In this document: piece by piece, positions 15,653 to 15,910 of the stretch
Numbering within the stretch: position 1 is the first letter of the stretch
Layout: every line of letters begins with the position of its first letter
Assembly (NCBI GenBank): GCA_043818055.1
Contig: JBDRGF010000010.1
Coordinates: forward strand, 1-15,910
Source of the DNA: Pseudomonadota bacterium
Lineage (GTDB): Bacteria; UBA10199; 2-02-FULL-44-16; JBDRGF01
Direction: 5' to 3'
Length of the DNA stretch: 15,910 nucleotides
The notes under the pieces: model-generated
What the model saw: only the letters and a program-made list of their open reading frames with translations
Database searches by the model: none
Told to the model about the DNA's origin: nothing
Program-made: the position numbers and the translations under genes

Positions 15653-15753
15653 TAAAAACCTCACCCCCATCCGACCTCGCGGCCACCTTCCCCCATTCAT
15701 GGGGAAGGGCTTGGTTGTTGTGATTTTACCACATGCTACATGCCACATGCGCC
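15636..15753. repeat. Heptamer inverted-repeat cassette G
   Basis: GAATGTA-GTATGTA-GTAAAAACC at 15638-15660. 3 units YACATGC at 15730-15750. Confidence 0.88.
15664..15710. repeat. REP-like hairpin element inside cassette G
   Basis: ACCCCCATCCGACCTCGCGGCCA-CCTTCCCC-CATTCAT-GGGGAAGG. Confidence 0.65.
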
Positions 15754-15762
15754 TTTTTCTTT

Positions 15763-15909
15763 TTATTCTACGCTGACTATTTCGACATCGAAGTGGAGTT
15801 TTTTGCCGGCTAGTGGATGATTAAGATCGAGCGTCACGTTGTCCTTATCGATAGCTACGACCACTGCCTGAAACTCGTGCCCCTGTGCAGAACCTGTCAC
15901 GATATGACC
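15763..15909 (-). CDS. FKBP-type peptidyl-prolyl isomerase (SlyD/SlpA family), 3' end only
   Basis: Manual translation gives ...QAVVVAIDKDNVTLDLNHPLAGKKLHFDVEIVSVE*. DxNHPLAG is the family signature. No His-rich tail. Confidence 0.9.
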   Translation of the reverse strand, partial: GHIVTGSAQGHEFQAVVVAIDKDNVTLDLNHPLAGKKLHFDVEIVSVE

Positions 15910-15910
15910 C

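Overview
Bacterial window, roughly 40-50% GC. The sigma-54 promoters and the PEGA, TSP3 and fibre surface proteins suggest a delta-proteobacteria-like diderm (inference). The left part (384-5277, + strand) is a DUF134 / DUF5320 / NifB-NifX-family / paired 4Fe-4S P-loop ATPase operon. It is followed by a pyruvoyl-dependent arginine decarboxylase and a metallophosphoesterase that closely resembles lariat debranching enzyme Dbr1. The right part (5351-13575, - strand) is an envelope cluster: beta-barrel, fibre-like adhesin, lipoprotein, TSP3/beta-helix lipoprotein, Pal/OmpA and a PEGA protein. It carries sigma-54/IHF/enhancer-like modules and is followed by two hypothetical genes and the end of a SlyD-type PPIase. 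The most striking feature is a family of inverted-repeat cassettes built from tandem heptamers, (GCATGTR)n ... (YACATGC)n, with about 40 units at 7 loci. They fill almost every intergenic gap from 7.5 to 15.8 kb and are polarised with transcription. One copy encloses a four-helix-bundle (23S rRNA IVP / Avd-like) gene, and the neighbouring copy looks like the same element with that gene missing.
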